DNA from: the human T2T-CHM13v2.0 reference genome, Homo sapiens
Direction: 5' to 3' (one strand)
DNA: 64,000 nt
Assembly: GCF_009914755.1 (NCBI RefSeq)
Contig: NC_060931.1
The translations under genes and the position numbers were made by a program. Below, piece after piece: positions 1 to 18,755 of the stretch. The notes below the pieces were generated by a model. That model was not told the DNA's origin. It made no database searches and saw only the letters and a program-made list of their open reading frames with translations. The stretch's first letter is position 1. The number at the start of each line of letters is the position of its first letter.

Positions 1-74
1 CAGTGAGCCAAGATCATGCCATTGCACTCCAGCCTGGGCAACAAGAGTGAATCTCCATCTTAAGAAAAAAAAAA
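1..74 (+). mobile_element. Alu 3' end
   Basis: cagtgagccaagatcatgccattgcactccagcctggg plus A tail. Confidence 0.95.
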
Positions 75-156
75 TGTGGTGTTTAACTCAAATATAAATC
101 CCTGGGTTTCACTTGGAGCAAATTTTAAAAAACAAGTATAAGTCAGATATTTCTTG

Positions 157-455
157 TTTTTGTTTGTTTGTTTGGATACGGAGTCTCGCTCTGTCACCCA
201 GGCTGGAGTGCAGTGGTAGGATCCAGGCTCACTGCCACCTCTGCCTCCAGGTTCAAGCAATTCTCATGCCTCAGCCTCCTGAGTAGCTGGGGCTACAGGT
301 GCGCACCACCATGCCTGGCTAATTTTTTGTATTTTTAGTAGAGATGGCATTTCACCATGCTGGCCAGGCTGGTCTTGAACTCCTGACCTCATCATCCACC
401 TGGCTCAATCTCCCAAAGTGCTGGGATTACAGGCGTGATCCACCACGCCCAGCCC
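157..455 (-). mobile_element. Alu (S)
   Basis: Full dimer similarity. Confidence 0.95.
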
Positions 456-2082
456 CGTAAGTCAGACATTTCTATTGCCTATAAAAGTTACTTATGTGAT
501 ATTTGCGTGTATAAATATTGATCCATTTTCTTTATTAGTTATCTTGTTTATTTTTTTTCTCAGGTGGTTGTCAGTGTTCTATTGTCTGGATGAGTAGTCA
601 GAAAGGCAGTCTAAAATTACTGTCTATTTATTGTTTGAATCTATGTTATTGTGTGAGAAAAACACTTGATATTTGAAGTAATTTTTGAAAAATGCAACTA
701 TTTTTTGAGAGTTGTAAATATTTGTGATTAAAAACATAAAATTACCATCTTAAACATTTTAAAGTTATATACTTAAGCTATATGTTTAGTACTTTTAAGT
801 ATATTTACATTATATGAAACAGATCTCTAGATAATTTTATCTTTAAAAAGTACAATCTAATGTTCAATAAACTGTCTTCTCCTTCTCTCTTTTCCGCGTC
901 TGAAGAACATCACTTTACTTTCTGTTTTGTCTGTCTCTTTTTGGCTATCTTATTTTAGTCAACATATTTTTTCCTGCGTCTTTAATTTTAACAAATAAGT
1001 TATTCTCCTCTCAGTTCAGATTCATCAGGAAATTGAATCATATCCAGAAGAATTAAAACTAAGAGACTAATATGTTTGTTAAAGCAATGCAGGTTGTCAT
1101 ACTAATAAACCCTACAATTTCAAAGGCTTAGCAAAATAATACATTTTATGCACACACCACCTTCCCCTTTGGTTTACTTCTGGTTAAAAAAACTTCTTCA
1201 TGATTATTTGGAGATTAGATTTTTTTCTAAATTTTCTATCCACATTCTCCTGTTTCTAAAGCCAATAGATCAAAAAAAGATGCAAAGAAGACACATTTGC
1301 TTTTTATCCACACATCACTTCCAGTCACTATGCTGAGCAGAGTCAAAGTGAGCAGAGCTCAGAATAGCAGTTTTCTGGCAGGACAGCCACTTCTTGGCAA
1401 AAAATGACACAATAAAAGCATAAATCTTTCATGGAAAGCTAACATGTTTTCAGCAAATTAAGCATATGCACGAATAAAATTCTTGTGGTAAAATAAAGAT
1501 TCATTTTGTTGATTCTTAGTAAGCTCAGGTAATAGCAAATAAAAAGGCAGCAAATATAGAGCAAAAAAAATTATTTGAAATAGAAATAATGTGGATTAAG
1601 ATATTCTGTCAATTAAAGTAAAAATATTTTTATCTCATACTAATCATCTTACCTATAGTCGTATAATATCAAATGCTACCTTTTATTAACAATTGTACTT
1701 CATATAAGTATTCCATTTATATCACCCTTCTTCACTGTTTCAATGCCTTCTGCACTTCATATCAGTGAAAAACAGGCTGGCTGGTACCAGGAAATGGATG
1801 TGGTGCTATTGCTACTTTAAGAGTAATGATGAAGAGCACTTGTCTGAATTGGTCCCATGTGGCAAACACTGTTATATGGTCTAAAGTAAACACATTTATT
1901 ATTTTCTTCTAAATTTACTGATGAAATACAATTCTCAGCTAAGGAAGACTTGATCTCATTCAAATACATTTTGTGAAATTTGGTTGACATTTCAGTGTTT
2001 TTGACTTAAATGGCATATTGGAAATTTCTATGAATCCAAATAGAGTGTTATACACGAACAGTCTTTTATTAAAAACCTTTCT

Positions 2083-2248
2083 GGGTTGGGTGCAGTGGCT
2101 CATGCCTGCAATCCCAGCTACTCAGAAGGCTGAGGCAGAAGACTGACTTGAACCTGAGAGGCAGAGGTTGAGTTGAGCCGAGATCACGCCATTGCACTCC
2201 AGCATGGGCAACAAGAGTGAAACTCCGTCTCAAAAAGAAAAAAAAAAG
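2083..2248 (+). mobile_element. Monomeric Alu
   Basis: Left-arm start joined to a right-arm body, A tail. Confidence 0.9.
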
Positions 2249-3177
2249 GCTTTGTCTTAAGATTCATAAAATTTCTTCATAATATAGAAGAAATGTGTTA
2301 ACTATGTTCCCAGTAATCAACTCTGAACACTGAGCATTCTCAGTTTCCAGTATTCACTCTGAGTCATTCAGAAAAATTGGTATCTCTGTAAGGAGTCAGA
2401 AAAATGTGTTTGGGGAAGGGTCACAACATTGCACATAAATGCTTTCTACCTGCACCTGTTAGGATCTTAATCTAATTGGTCTATCATTTGCATGGCTAGA
2501 TAGTTACTGGATCTAATCATACTATTTTGTGTTTTGCAGATAATGACATCTGTTACCTATAAGTTTCATACAACAATTTGCTCAGCTGAAACATGAATCT
2601 TTTGCTAATTTACCCGAAATTGAGGGACTAGATTTGCAATTTCTAATCTTTCAATGTTAGAGCAAAGTAGAGAAGAGTAATGTGTGTATGTGGTATGCAT
2701 TTTCTTACTTAACTATTAAAATTCTTCTCATATTGCCTTGGACACTTTAGACAGCCACCCAAAAAATATTCTCTACTCCTTTTTTTAGCCAGGATATTAG
2801 ATTTCAAAAGGTCAAGGACTTAATAATTGGGCTAAGCCAAAATCTTGTCTTTGCTTCTTTCAAAGAGCATGGCAATTATGCCAAGCCATTGAAAGATGTG
2901 GATCTGATGACTTTTGATTTCAAATGCTTTTTCTAATTGTTTGCTCTAATTGTCTTATTGTGTTAATCTAAAAGAGAACCTATCTACATAACAACTTATG
3001 CATTCACGAAATGTTCATGTTACGATGATCAAAGTTCAATATTGTAGTATAGAATAGTAGAATAGTCTAAAATTAGAAAGTCAGATTATTATTAATAAAT
3101 TCATTATTTTTTTCAACATTTTCCAATGTTGAAATTAAAGAATTGGCAAGGCTTTTTCATGATAAGTTCAATTCTAG

Positions 3178-3522
<345 letters not shown>

Positions 3523-4611
3523 TGAATTATGTAAATCCGAGTTACCAGAATGGTGCAGAAGTGCTAATGCAATCAGAATGAAAATGAATACGGCCTTGTT
3601 GGTAGACTATTGGTATCCCAGAGGCTGATCATTTACTTCAGCTGTGTAGACATTGCTTCATAACGCCAGGGAGCCCTTTCAACCAAGTTATCTTTATTTC
3701 CCATTGATGAGGTCATGTTCTGGTCTCTGTTTTTCTTAAGCTGTCCCAGATGAGGGGTGATTATTTCTTGCATAAATGAGATCCCTTCTTTTTCCTCTGC
3801 AATGAGATCCTCCTATTCTCCTTATTGAAAGTAATATGTTGAAGGCAGAAATGGAGACAATATACAAATATATATCTTGCCATGTGGCCACCATAAACAC
3901 TTTATGACATTGCTTACCAAGAAGTTTGATTAATTTCAGGGAAGCAGGGATGTTTTCTATGATGTGCTCTTTCTCTTAAAGCACCTCTGATTAAGTTTAG
4001 CCTAATCAAGATAATCTCTCGTATGATAAAAAGGAAGCCAATACATTAGTAATATAAATACATGAATACTGTTTTGCCACAGTCACACACATTTTGTGAT
4101 GCTCAAGAGAAAAGGATTACACAGCAGGTGTGCACTGAAGTGGGAACCTGAGGGTCATCTGAGAATTTTCCCTACCCACCTGAATAGATTTCTAAAATCA
4201 CCTTTCAGTTGCTTTTGCTGTCTTTCTAAGTAAACAAAGATATCATCTGCAAATAATAATTAATTGAACTGCTTTTCAATTGTATTCATTAAAATAATTA
4301 TCTTTTTCTGGCTTATATGAAGTATTTCTTATTTGTAATATACATTCACATATATACAAATATATAGCAATACAAATGTATCCATTTTCATTTTTGTTAA
4401 ATTTTTAAGAATGGATGTTAAAGGTAACTTCTTTTCTGTTTGAAGTGTTTTTATTGTTTTATTCAAGAGTATTATCTCTGGAGTTAAAGTTGATACTGTT
4501 TTAATACTGGTTTTGCTATTGTGAGCAAGTTATTTCTCTCTCTGGCTCTTTTCTTTTTTTTTTTTTGTAAATTGAAAATAATAGTGACACCTTTGTTATT
4601 AAGTTACTTTG

Positions 4612-6563
4612 TCTATTAGTCCATTCTCACACTGCTGAAGAACACACCAAAGACTAGGTAAATTATAAAGGAAAGAGGTTTATTTGACTCACAGTTCAGC
4701 ATGGCTGGGGAGGCCTCAAGAACCTTATGATAATGGGAGAAGGTGAAGGAGAAGCAGGTATCCTTTTCACTAGGTGACGGAGAGCAGGAAAAATTACCAC
4801 TTATAAAACCATCCAAACTCATGAGAACTCACTCACTATCACAAGAACAGCATGAGTATCATTCTGCCTCTGGCCCCTTCCAAATCTCATGCCCTTTTTA
4901 TATTTCAAAACCAAACATGCTTTCCCAACAGTCCCCCAAGTCTTAACTCAAGTTAGCATTAACCCAAAAGTCTAAGTCCAAAGTCTCATCTGAGACAAGG
5001 CAAATCCCTGCTACCTGTGAGCCTGTAAATCAAAAGCAAGTTAGTAACTTCCAAGATACAATGGAGGTACAGGCATTAGACAAATTCTCCCACTACAAAT
5101 GGGAGAAATTGGCCAAAACCAAAGAGCTACAGGCCTCATGCAAGTTGGAATTCCAATGGGGCAGTCATTAAGTCTTAAAGCTCTGAGATGTTCTCATTTG
5201 ACTCCATGTCTCACATGTGGGCCATGCTGATGCAATGGGTGGGCCCTCATGGCCTTGGGAAGCTCCTTTATGGACTGGAATTGTGTGCCTCTGGCTTTTC
5301 TAGGTGCACGGTGCAAGCTCATGGTGAATCTGTTATTTAGGGGTCTGGAGTATAGTGGCCTTCTCACAACTCCAGTAGGCAGCTTCAGTGGGGACTCTGC
5401 ATGAGGGCTCCAACCCCACATTTCCCTTCTGCATTGCCCTAGCACAGGTTATCCTTGAGGGCTCTGCCCCTGTAGACTTCTGCCTGAACACCCAGGCATT
5501 TTTATACATCCTCTGAAATCTAGGCAGAGGTTTCTAGAGCTCAACTCTTGTCTTCTGTGCACATGCATGGCCAATATGACATGGAAGCCACCAAGGCTTG
5601 AGGATTGCACTTTCTGAAGGAACAACCCAAGCTGTACTTTGGCCCCTTTTAGCCACAGCTGGATCTGGAGCAGCTGGGATGCAGGGCACCAGCCCCAAGG
5701 CTTCATAAAGCAGTGGGGCCCTCCCTGGGCCTCGACCATGAAACCATTTTTTCCTCCTAGAGTTCCTGGCCTGTGATAGAAGAACCTGTCTCAGATCTTT
5801 GACATGACCTGAAGACATTTTCCCCATTGTCTTGGCTATTAACATTCAGCTTCTCTTTACTTTTGTAAATTTCTGCAGTGGCTTGATTTTCTTTCCAAAA
5901 AAATGGGGTTTTATATTCTACCTCATGGTCAGGTGCAAACTTTCCAAACTTTTATGTTCTGCTTCCATTTAAAAATTAAGTTTCTCATCTCCATCTGAGA
6001 CAACCTCAGCCTGGACTTTATCATCTACATCACTATTAGCATTTGGGTCAAAAGCATTCAACAAGTCTCTAGGAAGTTCCAAACTTTCCCATATTTTTCT
6101 ATTTTTTTCTGAGTTCTCTAAACTGTTTCAACCTCTGCCTATTACCCAGTTCCAAAGTCACTTCCACATTTTCAACTGTCTTTATAGCAGTGCCCCAAAC
6201 TACCTGTATTAATTTTCTGTATTAGTTTGTTTTCACACTACTATTAAGTTACTACCAGAGAATGGGTAATCTATACAGAAAGGAAGTTTAATTTACTCAC
6301 AATTCTGCATTGCTGGGGAGGTCTCAGGAAACCTACAGTTATGGTGGAAGGCAAAGGAGAAGCAAGTACCTTCTTTACTAGGCAGCAAGAGAGAGGCAGA
6401 GCAGAAAAAAACACCACTTATATAACCACCAGATCCTTTGATAACTCACTTACTATCATGAGAACAGCATGGGGGAAAATTACCCCCATATTCCAATCAC
6501 CTCCCACCAAGTCCCTCCCTTGAAACATGGGGATTACAATTTGAGATAAGATTTGGGTGGGAT
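4612..6563 (-). mobile_element. ERVL-MaLR (THE1/MST) element: LTR 6218-6563, internal ~4860-6217, partial LTR 4612-4858
   Basis: Two related LTR ends (tattagtccattctcacactgct and tgtattagtttgttttcacacta) flank typical MaLR internal sequence. Confidence 0.88.
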
Positions 6564-6785
6564 AAAATTTTACAGTAACGAATTCAATACAAGTCACAGA
6601 ATATAGATTTTTTTGAGAATCTCTGAGGTTTCCAGGTTTCTCTTTAATTATCCACCTTATTAAAATAATCTTTTTTGTTTCAATATTGTTCTTCTGTTCT
6701 GAAAATGCATACAAACACACACAAACACACTCAGTTGCTACATAACTTTCTTATATGTGTGTATATATATATGTATATATATTCA

Positions 6786-7076
<291 letters not shown>

Positions 7077-7552
7077 TGATATATCTTTAGAGTAATATAT
7101 TTGTATATATAACTCTATGTAAATCAAAACTAAAAGTCTGTTTTTGTTTGTCAGCAGAGAGGCCACATGTACAAAAAATATACAAAACAATTTTTTAAAA
7201 ATATTTAATCAAGACTCAGAAATGTATATTAATTATACTCATGCAATTTTTATGACCATAAAATGACCCTATGGTTAGTAATAATTCAATTGTACATATT
7301 AAAATAAAACTGTATAATGAGCTTGTAATACAAAGGATAAATACGTGCTCGAGTTGAGGAATACCTCATATACGCTGCTGTGATAATTAACTAACGTATG
7401 CCTGTGTTAAAATATCTCATATATGCCATAAGTGTGTATGCACACTATCCACCCACAAAATTTTTTTAGAAATCTAAATAGGGTAAAAAAGAATACAAAT
7501 TTGATCTATGAGAAAAAAATTATTCTACTTATTTGCAGTTTAAACCACTGGC

Positions 7553-7862
7553 AGGACAGGCATGGTGACCCACACTTGTAACCCCACCAATTTGGGGCAC
7601 TGAGGTGGGTGGATCACCTGAGATCAGGAGTTAAAGACCAGCCTGGCCAACATGGTGAAACCCCATCTCTACTAAAAATACAAAAATTAGCCAGGCGTGG
7701 TGGAATGTGCATGTAGTCCCTGCTACTTGGCAGACTGAAGGCAGGAGAATCGCTTGGACCCAGGAGGTAAAGTTTGCAGTGAGCCGACATCATGCCACTG
7801 CACTCCAGCCTAAGCAACAGAGCAAGACTCCATTTCAAAACAAACAAACAAACAAACAAACA
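7553..7862 (+). mobile_element. Alu (S) with (CAAA)n tail
   Basis: Dimer similarity. Confidence 0.93.
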
Positions 7863-8767
7863 ACACTGGCAAAAAAGAGATTACTAGAGATGTCATTCCC
7901 CTACATTAACAAATAGCACATTGTTACCATCTTTTACTTAGAACCTTAAGTAAAATGGGACCCATTAAATCTGATGACAAATTAACACTTCATTCAAAGC
8001 ACAATAGTTTTAACACATTAAAAGCAACTTTGTTTAATGAAAAAATTAAGATGACACATAATCTTTAAAAAATTTTTAAATTTATTGCATTTTATTACAT
8101 AAACGTACAATTGATAAAAAACAATCTCTCCTATCTCTGATGAAACAACTGATCAAATACTTTCACAAACAATAGGAAGAGTCAACATGACGGAATCTGA
8201 GACTTGAGTTACATTATTATTTGCTTTTCAGAAACTATTTTTTTATAGAAGAAAGAAACATACCTCGAAGGTAATTATGAATCTCGAAAAAAACTACTTC
8301 TTTAACATGTATATGGTGTTAGCTTTGGATCTCTTTTACACTGAACCCTCTGATTTAGTGTAATGTATGAAGTTTCAGTGCCTTCATTCTTTCTACTGTG
8401 ACCCCTCAGATGTTTATATAGACTTAATTTTTGATTTAATATGTTTTCCCCATTTACTGGTTCTGCAAAAATATTTAGTACAAACTGGTGTTTTCTAAGC
8501 TGTAGGTTTTGAACAAATGTTTTTCACATTCATTACATGTTTAGACTTTCTCCCCAATATAAATTCTCTAATGTTCAACAACGTTTGAGCATCTTCTCAG
8601 ATCTTCAAATTTTTCCTTTAATATAAAATGTGTACAATAAAATCTGTAATGGAAGTAAAGGTACAGCAATCCTCTTTAAGTTTGTATGTTTGTCTTCAGA
8701 ATAACTGGTCTTTACTTTAAAGGCCTATATTTTCCAAAAGGTCTTTTTACAGTAATCACATTTATAA

Positions 8768-9057
<290 letters not shown>

Positions 9058-9753
9058 ATAATCCCTTTATTAAGTATAAACTTTCTGATATTGAGTAAGA
9101 TGTGACCTGATATTAATGGCTTTTCACATTCTTTGTATTTGTACAATTTTTCTCTAGTATAAATGCTTTCCTGTACCATAAGGTGTGAGAATTTGTTAAA
9201 AGTTTTGCCACATTCTTCATATTTGTAGGAGTCTTCTTCAGTATAAACTATCTTACTACCATAACGTGTGACTACCATTTAAAGTCCTTGCTAAATTTAA
9301 CACATTTCTAGAGTCTCTCACCAGTATGATTTCTCTTTTTTAGAAAAGTTTGAGGTGTGCTTAAATGCTCTGTCACAGTTTTATGTAAGCAGAGTTTCTC
9401 TCCAGTATAAAATTTTTTAGTGAGTAAGCATGGAGAACCAGTTAAAGGGTTTGCCACATTTTTTTCTACAATTGCAGGGTTTCTCTCCAATATCAATTAT
9501 CTTACATTTATTCAGGTTTGAGGACTTTTTAAAGACATTACCATATTGCTTATTGCAGGGTTTCTCTTCAGTATTAATTCTCTTATGTATAATAAGGGTT
9601 CAAGACTAGTTAACAGCTTTACCACATTCTTTGCTTTTGTAGAGTTTCTCTCTAGAATGAATGATCAGATATTATGTAAGGCCTGAGATGTGCTTAAAGG
9701 TTTTGTCACTTTTTTTTTGTTTCTAGGGTCTCTGTAATATAAGTTCTCTTAGG

Positions 9754-11633
<1,880 letters not shown>

Positions 11634-13426
11634 TTAGCAAAATGCCATATCAAAATACCACAGGCCATAATTCCTTCATAGATGTATAAATGTAACAAAA
11701 TCATAGTGATCAAAATACCTTTGTTGGAAATTTATAAATAAAGTAAGTGTGTGCACCATGTGAGCACGATGTCCAGAGCCATATAGAGAGAAAAGAAAGG
11801 TCTGCTACATTTACCCAACACAGCCCTTCCTCATGCCCAGTAGAAGAACATAGTGCCTTTAATAACAGCTTTAAGTCTTCTGAGCTCAAAAGTGAATGTT
11901 ACAACCGCAGAAAGACTGCAGTATGATGGGTAGAAGATAGGTGTAGAACGTAGTTACTGACCACTAAGAAGAAATATGAAGAAGTCTTTTAATTGAAAAA
12001 TAAATACAAATTGCAGACAAAACACATCCTGAGAACATGTTTGTGAGAATCCCAGAATCTCTACCAAAGACAATTGGTGTCATGCTATGAGAGGAAGGAG
12101 CTGCATTATAAAGATCATGAAAGGTAGTTTTATGTTAGTGTCTAAATCTCCAACAAAGATTACAATGTATATAAAACATGAGGACAACATGGTCCAATCA
12201 AAAAAATCAAAAATTTTGAAAAAGCAACTATAAAAATAAAGATGTACATCTTGATTTTTAAAATTTAAGATAATCCATATTATGCTCAATGAGAAAAATG
12301 GAAAACCAGACACCTAAATAAAATAAGAAAAATAAGAATACCAACAAAACTTGCAATAATAAAAATAAACAAGGTGGAGGTAAAAAAGAATAACTGAAAA
12401 AATTTAAAAGTAAGAAAAAAGTATGTAAAAAATGAAGAAGCTAAACAAACAAACTAGGATATACACAAAAAGATCCGCAACACAAATTTAAGCAAAGTTT
12501 CAAAAGTCACAAACCAGAAGATAATCTTGGGAGCTGCAAGATAAAAGTGAAGTATTATTTATAAGCATAGTCCTCTGAGACAACCAGTGAATTTGTAAAC
12601 AGAAACCTTGCAGGTCAGAAAAGAACTGTGTAAAATGGTCAAAGGCTGAAAAAAATTTTCATGGTGAGAATAATAAAACCAGAAAAATGTACTACAACAT
12701 AAAGAAAAATAAAACTCTTCCAGAATGAATAAATGCTGGAAAAGCACATAATCATTGTATGTGCCCTACATAAAATGCTGAAAAGAGGTCTTTCCACTTA
12801 AAACAACATGATGAAAAATATATGTAATCATATGAAAATACATAACTTTCTGAAAAACATATGCATATACAAAAAGTAAAATTCTGTGGCATTATTGTGA
12901 TGGTGCAGAAAATACTTTTAGTTATTCTTTAAAATTTGAAAAATATAAGCATAAAAAACATAAAACATAAAAAGATATAATTAGCAACATCAATAAGAAG
13001 TATAGGGTAGATATAATGAGGACAAATTTTTCTATGCAACTGAAGTCATTTTTTTTTACCAGTTTAAAATATACTGTTGTAACATTTAAGATGTTTTACA
13101 GAATCTCCAATGTAGCACAAAGAAAAAATCTTTATAGACACACGAAAGCAAATGAGTCAATTACTAGCATGAGACAAAGATTGATATTATATAATGGTAA
13201 AATGAGTCCATTTACTAGGAATCTATAATTATTATGTCTATCTACATGTATATGCATATATAACATCAGGGCTTCAAAACATATAAAGCAAATATTGACA
13301 GAAATGAAGCAAGAAATAAAATAGCAACACAAAATTATAAACATTAAGACCTCCTTTTCAATAATAAATAAAAAATTTAAATAAAAGATCAATTAAAAAA
13401 ACTGAAAACCTGAAGAATATTATATT

Positions 13427-13825
13427 GTGTATGAATTTATTTTGCATTGCTATAGAAAATAACCTCAGACTGGGTAATTCATAAAGAAAAAGATTTTTTG
13501 ATTCACAGTTCAGTAGACTGCACAAGAAGTATATGCCAGCATCTGCTTCTGGTGAGGATATGAGGAAGCTTACAATTATAGTGGAAGGCAAAGAAGAACC
13601 AAACATGTCACATGGTGAAAGACGATGTGAGTGTGAGGTGGAGGAGCCAGGTTCCTTTAAGCAACCAGCTCTCATGTGAATTAATAGCGTGAGAACTCTA
13701 TGATTGTGCCAAGTCATTCATGAGGGACTTGTCTCCATGATGCAAACAGCTCTCATTAGGCCCCACATCCAACAGTGGAGATTACATTTCAACATGCCAT
13801 TTGGAGGGCATCTACACCATATCAC
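13427..13825 (-). mobile_element. MST-type MaLR solo LTR
   Basis: gactgggtaattcataaagaaaag...attaggccccacatccaaca...catttcaacatg...accatatca. Confidence 0.75.
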
Positions 13826-13938
13826 AAACCAAATAGGCTAAACAGACATGTACAGAACTCTCCAGTCAAAAGCAAGTAGATACACAATATTCTTATTTGC
13901 ACCTGGTGCATTCTGTTAGAACACATAAGTCTTGGTAA

Positions 13939-14245
<307 letters not shown>

Positions 14246-15182
14246 AAGAAGAGCAAAATCATACAGTATATGTTTTCTAACCCAAACTGAATAAAACTAA
14301 AAAGAAAAAAAGTAATACTGGCAAATCAAAAATACATGGAAATAAACACACTCTTCACTGTATTCTTGCACAGGGTCAAATAATTTAAATTAATTTAATA
14401 TTTTTTCTCAAGGGCCAACATATTTAAGTGATGACTTAATTTGTTAAGACCCACAGTGGTGAACAAATTTAATATAATCTGTATCAAAATTCCAAAAGTA
14501 TATTTATTCCTGAAATATTGTTTAAAATTTTTAAATTTTATTATGAACCAAATCTAGAGAAACACACATGAAAAACACAGAGGCACTATACTTCATAATT
14601 TCAAAACATAATAAAAAGCTGCAATAACAATAACTATGTGGTATTCACAAAAAGACAGATAAAGACATGATAGAACAAAATAGAAAGCCCAGCAATGAAC
14701 TCTTCTGTGTATGACCAAATAATCTGCCTCAAGGTTGCCATGAGCAGACAATGGAGAAAATATAATCCCTTCAACAGATGATGTTGAAAACTGGACATCT
14801 ACATTGAAAAAAATGAAGTTGAATGGTTTAATTGCATCACATACAAAAAATATTTTAAACAAAGTACTTAGACTAAGAAAAACCTAATGAAACTCTTAGA
14901 AAAAAAGTATAGTGCAAAGACATGACATTGGTCTTGGCACATTTTCTTAGATATGCCATCAAATGCATGCGCAACAAAGAGGAGAACAGAAAAATTTAAT
15001 TGGGCTAAACTTCAAAATTTCTGCAATCAAATAAAACATTTAATAGAGTGACAGTGTCTCCCAAGAAATCGGTGACAATATTTGAAAATCACATGTGATA
15101 AGACTTAATATTGAGAATACATAAACTACTCCTAGAACTAGACAACAATAATTGAATTACTTGATTTAGAAATGGACAAATG

Positions 15183-15476
15183 AGCCAGGTGCGGTGGCTC
15201 ACACGTGTGATCCCAGAACTTTGGGAGGCTGAGGTGGGCAGATCACCTGAGGTCAGGAATTCGAGACCAGCCTGACCAACATGGCGAAACCCATCCCTAC
15301 TATAAATACAAAATTAGCTGGGTGTGGTGGCACATCCCTGATCCCAGCTACTCAGGGGGCTGAGGCAGGAGAAACATTTGAATCCAGGAGGCAGAGGTTG
15401 CTGTGAGCTGAAATCGTGCCATTGCTCTTGTTGCCTAGGAAACAAGAGTGAAACTCCGTCTCAAAAAAGAAAGAAA
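15183..15476 (+). mobile_element. Alu (S)
   Basis: Dimer similarity. Confidence 0.93.
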
Positions 15477-16405
15477 TGGAAAAATGATTAAACTAAATTT
15501 TAATAAAAAAGATATACAAAGGGGAAGAAGCATTTGAAAGGTTGCACAAAATTAATAATTTATAGAAAAATGCAAAACATAATCACAAAACAAAATCACC
15601 TTACATCAATTAGGATGGCCACTATAAATTTTTTTAAAACACCAACTGTTGACGATGTAAAGAAATTGAAACCTATGTAAGTTGTTTTTTATGAGAAAAA
15701 AGATACAGCCATCATAAAAACATCATAAGCATTCTTTAAATAATCTAAAATGAAATTATTATATAATACAGCAATACCATTTATGAGTCTATATCTAAAA
15801 TATGCAACACAGTAAAATGAAGGCATAAAAGGTACCCTGCTTGCATATCCCCCCACAGCAAGTGCAAGTGGGGGGATAACCAAGCCTCTAAATAAATAAA
15901 TACATATAAAAAATTAAACAATTTGTAAAAAATTTGTAAAAACTTTAAAATATATTTCAAGGCTATAGTAATAAAAACAGAATGGCATGTGCAGAAAAAT
16001 GGATGACCACCAATGAAAGAGAAACTACTATTCTCACACATCTTAGACATGATGCAAAAAAAAAATTTTAATGGTTTAGAGTTTTCCAAAAATATGCAGA
16101 TATTAGTGTGTCCCCAAAAGCAATGGCAAAGCAGTCAGTTTGCGCAGTCCCTGATAACCTTTAAAGAAAACTTTGGCTCACACTGTGAACCTGAAGAAAG
16201 ATTATTGAAGCAGAAGTGGAATCCTTAGAGACTTTAACAGCATGAGGCAGGAGGTGTCCCTATGTGAGAGCAAAAGGAAAAAATGACTTGAGCTTCTCAG
16301 AAACTCTTTTCATCAAAGGACAGCTCCCCAGACCACATTTTAAGGACTGGCTGCCTCCTTTATTTGTGTACCTCTCATCTGTCTCATCTGCTTCATTTGC
16401 TCTCA

Positions 16406-16537
<132 letters not shown>

Positions 16538-16964
16538 TCATGCTGAATTCTTTAATTACCAAATTAGTATTATGCTTAGAGGATATAATAGAAAATTCTA
16601 GAAAATTAATATTGATTCATAATAGAACTTTCTAAATATTCAGAAAATATTTTAAATTTGTAGGTCCTTAATTTCACTACTCAGTACTACTGAATCAAAA
16701 ATTGGTGGCAGCAACTGAATTCTAATGTGTGGGCAACGATCTTTTATGCCATGGCATTTTTGGAATTCCCACTAACCTAGAGCAAAAGATACATAAGCTC
16801 AGGAAAGGCAAAAGTTCTGGTCAAGATAAAACATCTTGAAGAATTTGTTCTACAGCAATGAATCCCCAAGATTTTCTTAAAATTGGAGATCTAAAATTCA
16901 TTCATGCAAAGCAGAAATTACCAAAAACATCTTAGAAAAGAGAAAAGCAATATATTAGGAATTA

Positions 16965-17228
<264 letters not shown>

Positions 17229-17372
17229 TCACTTACAAGAGTGACTAAAATTATTCAATAAGATAATTTTTAACACTGAAGTATTCTCTAACTCTGAGAA
17301 AAGAGGATAGCATAAGATCCACAATACCACTGTAGATTTGATACTTTTCTGGATGATACATTATAAAATTAA

Positions 17373-17698
<326 letters not shown>

Positions 17699-18281
17699 GG
17701 ACATGTCCATTTTTGAGTGCTATATTTACATCATATAGAATAAGTTGTGTATATTTCTCAGATAGAAGAGTCATGATGAATTGGAAGATACCTCTCAAGT
17801 CTTAGTATGTGCAATAACTAAAGATCTTGTGAGATTTTGTTTCAGGAGATTTCGGAGGAAGTCTGAATTTCTGAATTTTTAGCAAGCTCACCAATGTTTC
17901 TAGCCTAGTAAGAATATTTTGTCAAATATCCAGTAAATGGCAGAGTTTGGGTTTTTCCCAGTTTCTCTCACCTGTAAATAAAGATAAGAGCCTTCATTTT
18001 TAAAAGACAAATATAAGCAAAAGTCATCTAAAAGGAAAGGACAGCTTCCAGATTAAATGCAACGGTTTATGCACTTCAGCTAGTAAATCTCCTAAGTGTC
18101 CTTAATAATTAAGAGAATAAGAATTAACTCTAGAGTGGAAAAAAATGTCATAGAGATCTTGAACCAAGTGAATAAAATTGTTATCAACTTTATTAGGACA
18201 CATTTTTATTATGTGCTGATGCACACACAACACAGCATCACTGCTGTGGCATTTCTCTCCTCTCAGAAAAGTAAATTATAA

Positions 18282-18755
<474 letters not shown>

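Noticed and set aside
3540-3940. Faint minus-strand resemblance to the olfactory-receptor MAYDRYVAICK codons near 3875-3925
   Set aside because: Needs several indels and flanking motifs are not convincing. A TBLASTN/FASTY search against OR proteins would be needed.
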